Source: Rhizaria sp. SCN 62-66 (Eukaryota). Taken from it: a DNA stretch of 64,000 nucleotides. The notes below the pieces were generated by a model, which saw only the letters and a program-made list of their open reading frames with translations, had not been told where the DNA came from and made no database searches. The position numbers and the translations under genes were made by a program. How positions within the stretch are numbered: the first letter of the stretch is position 1; each line of letters opens with the position of its first letter. Below are positions 59,176 to 64,000 of this stretch, piece after piece. Location: assembly GCA_001724265.1 (NCBI GenBank), contig MEDY01000004.1, positions 186,001-250,000 of the forward strand, in the 5' to 3' direction.

Positions 59176-62100
59176 ATGTCGGTCGACAGCAAGTCCAGCG
59201 AGATGCTGGGCCTCTTCCTGGCGGACCTGCGCTCGCGCTCGCTCGAGACGCGTCTCGTCGTCGCTAAGGACCTGCGCCGCTACGTCGAAGAAGAGGCACG
59301 CACCAAGTCCGCCGAGAGTTTCACGCACTTCATGAACGATGTGAACCGCGTGGTGATGGACCTGGTCAACTCGCCCGACCTGAGCGAGAAGCTCGCCGGT
59401 GTCATGGTGCTTGACGAGCTCGTAGAGGTGCCCTACGAAGAGAACGAGACTAAGGTCATCCGCTTCGCAAACTATCTCCGCATGATTCTCTACGGCGACA
59501 GCATTAACACGCAATTGCTACTCGCTGCGGCGCGCGCATTTGGACACCTCGCGCGCGCTTCCGGTACTCTGGCGTCTGACGTTGTGCTGACAGAGGTGCG
59601 CCGCGCGATTGAGGCCCTGCGCATGGGCAAGGCTGACAAGTGGTTCACTGCGCTGCTTGTCACTCGCGAGCTGGCCGAGAACGCGCCCACGCTCTTTGCT
59701 CCGTACCTTGAGCCGTGCTTGGACGCGCTCTGGGGCCCGCTGCGCGACGCGCGCGAAGGCGTGCGCGGGCCCGCCGTCGACGTACTGCGCCTCACCATCG
59801 TGTTATCGTACAAGCGACCTGTCTCGCACCGCGTGCAGCTGTACACGCGCGTGTTCCACGAGATTCAGAACAGCCTCAAGACGTCCACGGTCGAGGCCGT
59901 GCACGGTGCGCTGGCGTCGCTGCACGTGCTGCTCGTCACCACCAACGACTTCATGACCCCGCGCTTCGACGAGGTTTGCCAGATGGTGTTTCGCTACCGC
60001 GACCACCGCGACAGGCTGGTCCGCGAAGCCGTTATTGAGCTGCTGCCCAAGGTTGCCTCGCTGTCACCGCCGGCCTTCACGAACCCCGTCACGGCGTACG
60101 CGCACCTGGCGCTCTCGCACCTCATCGCGGTCATCGGCAAAGGCGCGCCCGAGACGACACTTGCGGCGGCCTTCACCGCGCTTGGCGAGCTGGCACTGAT
60201 CGTGCAGTCGACGGTGCTGACCAAGCTCGACGTCATCGCTACGCTGCTCAAGGACGCACTCACAGCGCGCGCGCGCAGGCCCGCGATCGTGGCGCGCGTG
60301 CTCGACTGCGTGTCGATGCTTGCTCGCGCGCTGGGCCCCGCGCTGCTGCCGTACGTCGCCGACCTCATCGACCTCATGTTCGCGGACGGGCTCTCCGCGC
60401 CACTCGTCGCCGCGCTGACGAACCTCTCGCTGCACGTGCCGACCGTGCTCCCGCACGCGCAGCACCGCCTGCTCACCGCCATCGCACTCATTATCTCGCG
60501 CCGCTCGCACGGCGGCGTGCGCGGGCCCACAGCGCTGGGGCTCGGCGCCGCCATCGGTTTCGGCGGCCCCGGCGCCGGCGCCACGGACTCGTTGCTGGGT
60601 CTGGGAGACTTCGGCCGTCCCCCGGGCTCCGCGTCGCTGGCTCCGCAGTCGCCTGTCTCCGAGACCCCCGGCTCACCCACCGCGTCCGCGTCGTCGCTGC
60701 TCAGCGGTCTTACGGCGCGGCTCCGTGGCCAAACTACGACCGCCGGCCCTGCCGAGGGCGCGCGCTCGCTCTTCTCCACGCTCCACGCGGGTGGCGCTGA
60801 CCCTGTCGCCGCCGCGGCGGCTGCGGCGGCCGCAGCTGCGGCGGGCGGCTCTGGCGCGCAAACTGCCGGACAGGGCGCGGGCGGTGCCAGTGGCAGCTCT
60901 GGCGCTTCGGGCGCGGGTGTGGCCGGCGCGGGGCTGAGCGCGGCGGATAACGAGAGCCGTCTGATTTCGCTGACGATTCTGTCACTGCAGACGCTGGGCT
61001 CGTTCGACTTCGACGCGCACAACCTACTGCCGTTCGTGTACGAGGACGTCGTCGGCTATCTCAGCCACGATGTACCCATGGTGCGCAAGTGCGCCGCCGT
61101 GTGCTGCGTCAACATCTTGCTCCGCCCGCCCAAGTCTGTGTCGCAGTCGCGGCTCGACCTGCTGCAGCGCCAGCAGGCACAGATGTCTGCTGAGATCCAC
61201 GCCCTCGAGGCGCGGCTGCAGCAGCAACAACAGCAGCAGCAACAACTCGACAGTATCATCAATGCTGGCCCCGCGACTGGAGCCCCGACTTCAACTCAGA
61301 ACGACGGCGCTCAGGCGCGGCTGTTGCACGTGCGACCCAGTGCCCTGCAAGCCACTCTCACGGCCTCCGTGTCGAGCTCCAGCTCCAGTTCCAGCACCGC
61401 TGCTGCATCCGGTCCGCTTTCGACCGCAATGCCGCGCCAGCGTCGCGCGGGCATCCTGGGCTCTGCCTCGGCCACGGGCTCCGCGCTGAGCTCCATCGCA
61501 GGCCCGGCCGGTGCGACTCTCGGCGACGGCGCACAGTCTCCTCTTTCCGGACTGCCCTCGGTCGACTCGATTGCGGCGACCGCTGCGGCCGGCAGTATGA
61601 CGCTGCGCCCGTTCGCGCTGCCCTCGGCGCTGGGCTCGCCGCTCAGTCCCAACGGCAGCAGCAGCGGCGGAAACAGCATCGCACAGAGCCTCGACGGTCT
61701 GCCGACTGCGCGCGGGACCGGGCCGGCGCTGCGCGCCCCTCGCTCGATGCAGCGACTGACACACTCGCGCCTCGCCGCCGCTGCCGCTGCCCTCACCGCT
61801 TCAAGCTCCTCCGCGGCCAATGGCGCGACTGGCGGTAGCAGCAACGCATCAGCTGCCGAGGCCGCGGCCGCCGCGAGCGCTGCCTCCACTGGCGCACTTG
61901 AGCCCGTTGTCGCGTCCGCGCCCGTGTCGCTGCTCGCGTCGTCCACCTCGGGCGCCGTGGTCTACCCCAAGGGTTGGCTCGCAATGATGGAGGCCGTCCT
62001 ATAGCGCCTCGTCGCGACCGCGGTGGCGGACCCCGATCCCGCGATCCGCCTCGTTATCCTGCGGCTCTTCGCGCGCGACTTTGATCCTTACCTGCTGCAG

Positions 62101-64000
62101 CCGCGGTACTTGCACGCGCTGTTCGCGCTTGTGCGTGATGCCTCGACCGCGATTCGCCAGGCCGCTCTCGGCATCGTGTGTCGCATTGCGCGCCACTCGC
62201 CGGCGTTCATCCTGCCCTTCCTGCAGCAGCTGCTGCTGGAGCTGCTCACCACGGTGCAGAGCGCCACGGAGCCGCGCGCGCGTGAAGAGGCCGCGGGGCT
62301 GCTGGCATACATGGCGTCGTCTAACCTGGCGCCGATTCGGCCGTTCATCCCGCCCGTGCTGCGCGTGCTCACGCCTCTTACACCCGACGTGACCTCGGCC
62401 GCGGTCACCACGGCGCTGCTGACTAGCATCGGCGCAATGTCGCAGCTAGGTGGCCGCGACGCGTTTCCCCATGTTGCCCCGCTTGTGCCGCTCGTCATCC
62501 GCATTTTAATTCACAAGGAGGCCGCTGGAGCACTCTCTGTCGCTGCGGCTGCCGCAGCCTCGTCTTCCACGATGGGAGCTGGCGCTGCGCCCACCGTTCA
62601 GTCCGGTATGGCTGCACGCATGGGTGGCGCCGCGCGCGGGGCCGGTGGCTTTGGCGTCGGCGTCGGTAGCCGCGACGTCACGGCTGCCTCGCTCGGCGGC
62701 TGGGGCGGCATGGCGGCCGGCGCAGGTGGCTCTGGCCCCATGGTATCGGCGCAGGCGCTCGAGTCCTCGTGCACGATTGCTGCTGCGGCAGCTGCGGCTG
62801 CTGCCTCCGCTGCGGCCGGCTACGCGGGCTCTGCTCCCGGCGCTGCGGCGTCGGCTGCTCAGCAACAGGCTGCCGCGTCTGCGGCTGAGCTCACGATGCG
62901 CGTGCTGTCTGCGCCGTCACCGCTGCTGCAGGCTGTTCGCCACGACACTGCGCTGCGCACTCTGGCGCAGATCCTTGGTTCTACAGGCTGGGTCGTGTCT
63001 CCCTATTTTCACTTCCCGTACCTGCTCCCACTGCTGCTGATGTTGATCCAGACCACGACAAGTCTAAGTGTGCGTTCTGAGGCCGTCACTGTGCTCGCAA
63101 TCGCGGGTCCGCTGGACCCGCACACGGTGCGCACGCTGCAGTCCGCGGCCGCGTCGGCGCGGCTCTACCGCAACGTGCTACGCCAGGCGGACACGGGCGC
63201 TGCGGCGCTGGACCTGGAGGCGCTCGAGGACGAGGTGAATACGACGCTGCACATCGCTGAGCGCACTGCGGGTCAGCGCGAGTCCTCGCTGCGCTGGCAC
63301 GCTAATAAGGCGGCTGCAGTCGCCGCGGCTGCCGTCGCGAATGCAACCGCTGCTGCCGCAGCCGCAGCCGCGAACGCGCAGAACCTGGCTGCTGAGGAGC
63401 ACAAGCAGGCCGAGATATCGCATCATCACATGGGTACAACTGCTGCTGTCGCCGCCGTCGCGGCCGCCGCAGTTGCCGCCGTCCGCGCCGCAGGCGTCAC
63501 GGCAGTGCACGACGGCCACGCGGCGCGCGTGTACGAGCACACGCTGCGGCTGCGGCAGGCGCTGGCTGTTGTCCTCGCGCCCGGCGCACCGCTGCCCGCG
63601 CGCGGCGACGTCGTGCAGCGCGGGCCGAGCTTTATGGCGACATCGCACGCCGCTGCGCACGCTCGCTGGGTGCACGCCGTGACGGACGAGTCGGGCCACC
63701 AGCCCCCGCTGCGGTACCGCCACTACCAGCACCAGGTCGGCGCGTCCGCTGCCGGGGCCGGTCACGGTAGCCACGGCCACGTCGAGGACGGCCCTGCGGC
63801 CGCTGGCCCGACTGAGGCGTACGGCGCTATGGCGATGAACCCCGCCTCGCCGGTGCCGCAGCAGCCGTGGGAGAACGAGTACCAGGCGCGGCAGTTGGCT
63901 GCAGAGCAGTGGGCCGGCTCGCAGGGTTATGACGCCACTGCGTCGCCGTTGCCCCCGTCTGCGGCCACGCTGAACTCGACCGCACTGTCAAGTGAGAGCA
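59176..64000 (+). CDS. TOR: Target of rapamycin kinase, N-terminal HEAT-repeat part; internal TAG at 62002-62004; runs off the window
   Basis: TKVIRFANYLR, RELAENAPTLF and LQTLGSFDF precede the TAG. After it come RLVATAVADPDPAIRLVIL...FDPYLLQ...LFALV...PAFILPFLQQLLLELL...AREEAAGLL and ALRTLAQILGSTGWVVSPYFHFPYLL...AGPLDP, all matching TOR. Confidence 0.92.

Noticed and set aside
59176-62004. TAG-containing genes as pseudogenes
   Set aside because: No frameshifts and no internal TAA/TGA; motifs are intact on both sides, and five unrelated genes show only the same codon.
62002-62004. A-to-I editing (UAG to Trp), pyrrolysine, or motif-programmed readthrough
   Set aside because: Trp fits poorly at this TOR column, pyrrolysine is unknown in eukaryotes, and the 8 sites share no downstream context. 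Editing is not formally excluded without RNA data.
1-64000. CRISPR arrays, transposons, prokaryotic operons
   Set aside because: The repeats I saw are coding tri/hexanucleotide tracts; no transposase, RT, terminal repeats or repeat-spacer structure, and the gene content is eukaryotic.

Overview
Gene-dense eukaryotic (protist-like) nuclear DNA: GC-rich, Ala/Ser/Gln-rich coding regions, short AT-rich spacers, and 8 inferred spliceosomal introns with a GTACG(T/C) donor. I can support 15 protein genes: an F-box protein (runs off the left edge), NAMPT, RPS14/uS11, a 2.2-kaa low-complexity protein, a MidA/NDUFAF7-like methyltransferase-TPR protein, HBS1, a 3.3-kaa CCDC87-like protein, an F-box/LRR protein, choline/ethanolamine kinase, ALG6, Zim17/Hep1, a nicotinamidase-EFCAB10 fusion, a membrane-tethered bZIP, spermidine synthase and TOR (runs off the right edge). 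The main result is that this organism appears to use a non-standard nuclear genetic code in which TAG is a sense codon while TAA and TGA remain stops. Eight in-frame TAGs interrupt 5 genes, including one in the TOR HEAT repeats and one upstream of the conserved C-terminal block of choline kinase. All 13 gene ends in the window are TAA (9) or TGA (4). Gln is the best guess for the amino acid, but this window cannot prove it. All family assignments rest on recalled motifs, not database searches.
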